DNA from: the human T2T-CHM13v2.0 reference genome, Homo sapiens
Length of the DNA stretch: 64,000 nt
Direction: 5' to 3' (one strand)
Assembly (NCBI RefSeq): GCF_009914755.1
Contig: NC_060947.1
Position numbers and translations under genes: made by a program. Below the pieces are notes generated by a model. It had not been told where the DNA came from. It saw nothing but the letters and a program-made list of their open reading frames with translations, and ran no database searches. The stretch's first letter is position 1. Every line of letters begins with the position of its first letter. Of this stretch, positions 61,640 to 64,000 are shown one piece after another.

Positions 61640-62003
61640 TTAAGAGCAGTGGCTCATGCCTATAATTCTAGCATTTTGGGAGGCCAATGCGAGAGGATTG
61701 ATTGAGGCCAGGAGTTCCAGACCAGCCTGGGCAATAATGAGACCCTTTATGAAAAATAAAAAAAATTTGCTGGGCATGGTGATGCATAATGGACACCTAT
61801 AGTCCCAGTTACTTAGGAGACTGAATTGGGAGGATTGCTTGAGCCCAGGAGTTCAAGGCTGCAGTGTGCTATGATTGCACCACTACACTCCAGCCTGGAC
61901 TACAGAGCAAGATCCTATAGAAGAAGAAGAAGGAGGAGGAGGAGGAGGAGGAAGAGGAGGAGGGGAGGAGGAGGAGGGGAGGAGGAGGAGGAGGAGGAGG
62001 AGG
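61640..62003 (+). mobile_element. AluJ with a (GAA)/(GAG)n purine tail
   Basis: Dimeric AluJ; purine run 61919-62005. Confidence 0.88.
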
Positions 62004-62015
62004 AATAGTAATTAT

Positions 62016-62322
62016 AGGTATGGTGTCACGCCTGTAATCCCAGCACTTTGGGATGCCGAGGCAGGTGGATCACTTGAGTCCAGGAAATCAAGACCAGCCT
62101 GGGCAGCATAGTAAGACTGTGTCTCTAGAAAAAAAAATTTAAAATTAGTCAGGCATGGTGATGCATGCCTGTTTTCTCAGCTACTTGTGGGGCTGAGGCA
62201 GGAGGATGGCTGCAGTGAGTCATGATCGCACCACTGCACTCCAACCTGGCCATCAGACTAAGGCTATGTCTCAAACAAAACAAAACAAAACAAAACAAAA
62301 CAAAACAAAACAAAACAAAACA
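62016..62322 (+). mobile_element. AluJ with an internal deletion and a (CAAAA)n tail
   Basis: ggaggatggctgcagtgag junction lacks ~25 nt of the right arm. Confidence 0.86.
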
Positions 62323-62389
62323 AAACTGGTGGGCTAGGACAGCCCCAAGAGAAGGTTGAGGATCTCTATCATGGGTCCCAGACGTTTGC

Positions 62390-62815
62390 ACGCATTCACT
62401 TATGAGTGTGTCCACAGAGGACATACACGTGCATTTGTGCATATTCAACCCCACACACATATGCACAGGCACACCATTCAAGTGTGCATACACACATACA
62501 TAGAGACGAACACACATATACCCTGGCACAAACAGGCAAATGCACATGTACACACAGACAGTGCACATTCCTAGCATGATGTAGACTCACACACATATGC
62601 ATGCATGCATATACAGAGGTAAGCACACAGGCACATCAGATACATACCCTCCTATGCACAAGCATGAGGGACACACAGAGACACAGCCAGGCACATCTCC
62701 AAAAAGCCTGTAGACATACAAAAGCATGCACACGGCGTGAAGGTCCACGTGCATGCACATGCATATGCACAGGTCTGTGGTTGCTCATGTCCTTGGCAGA
62801 TGTGAATCAACACAT
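62390..62815. repeat. Degenerate CA-rich low-complexity tract
   Basis: Dispersed cacaca/catgca runs. Confidence 0.75.
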
Positions 62816-63341
62816 GGCTGGATCTCAGGGCTAAGAGGCAGCCTGCCGGATCCACACACTTGGACTGCGTGCTCCCTTTTCCAATGCTGCTGCTTTGAGG
62901 CCCCAGTCAGAAAGGCAGGCTCTCTGGGCTCGGGAGCTCAGTCAAGGGCACAGGCTGCTGTGAGCCACCCTCCCTCTCTGAGCCAGGCCCCCTGAGTGCG
63001 GGAGACTGAGGGGTTTGAGGGGTGGGGAATGGCCGGGACAGATCCTGTCAGAGCTGAAAGGGCCCTCTCAGATCATCTTATTCAAACTTCTCATGGTCCT
63101 GATAGGGAAACCGAGCCCCTTCCCTCCCCCACCATATGGAGCCCTTCATCAGCTGAAGAGGTATGAGGAGGGGTGAAGCACACAAACTTGGGTTTCAATT
63201 CCACCCCACACCCACAGGCACACATACTAGCTGTGTGCCTTCGAGCAAGTCTTCTCCGAGCCTCAATTTCCTTGTTTGCAGAATGACACTAATCAGTGCC
63301 CGCCTCACAGAAATGCCACGAACATTTGGTGGGTGGGTTAA

Positions 63342-63672
<331 letters not shown>

Positions 63673-64000
63673 TAGGTGGTCAATACACATGATTTGTTGG
63701 AAGCAGCTTCCGAAACTGTGTACTAGAGGCACCACAGCAAAGAATGAGGGTTATTCTATATTTGAAAATTCCAGGGTTAGGGTCTCAGGTCCAGTCTGCT
63801 CCTTTGCCACAACTCCTCAGCCCTCTACTTTGACTATGCCTGGGTCTAGGAACAGAAGTGATCCATTTGGGAGATGAAGGCTGACACCCCAGAAGCCAGG
63901 GATGGTGGGAAGGTGGCAAAAGGCCAGGCCAGGGCTCAGGATTGCTTTGAGCTGCTCTTGTGTTAGGGGCAGCCAAGGGACAAGACGTTTAAGTGTGAGA

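Noticed and set aside
61624-62338. One TSD (aaactgttgggctagg/aaactggtgggctagg) enclosing two tandem Alus, suggesting co-mobilisation
   Set aside because: More simply explained by the common insertion of one Alu into another's tail.

Overview
Primate (most likely human) genomic DNA. The only recognisable protein-coding feature is the first coding exon of STARD8/DLC3 (ATG 59379, MPLLDVFWSCFRKVK, donor GTAAGT at 59424) inside a CpG island; from memory this places the window on Xq13.1, upstream of and in intron 1 of STARD8. Bases 1-~41085 are a nearly continuous nest of LINE-1 elements: all plus-strand up to ~24 kb, then minus-strand from ~26 kb. They carry Alus, MaLR/ERVL LTRs, MER30, a full-length disrupted L1PA and an RPL31 processed pseudogene with an open frame. 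Bases ~41085-64000 are GC-richer unique sequence with MIR/L2/DNA-transposon relics and Alus. I found no new gene or biological system. The most notable signals are structural: (1) two inverted L1MA2-like copies share non-consensus changes and a 95-bp identical block, suggesting ectopic gene conversion; (2) a ~1 kb AT array is closed by a 27-bp inverted duplication (PATRR-like); (3) a perfect 92-bp AT-rich palindrome lies ~4.8 kb upstream of STARD8; (4) an Alu has a twin-priming-type 5' inversion; (5) several inverted templated-insertion repair scars are present; (6) there is a candidate uORF in the STARD8 leader. Repeat subfamily names and consensus comparisons are from recall, not alignment, and most repeat boundaries are approximate.
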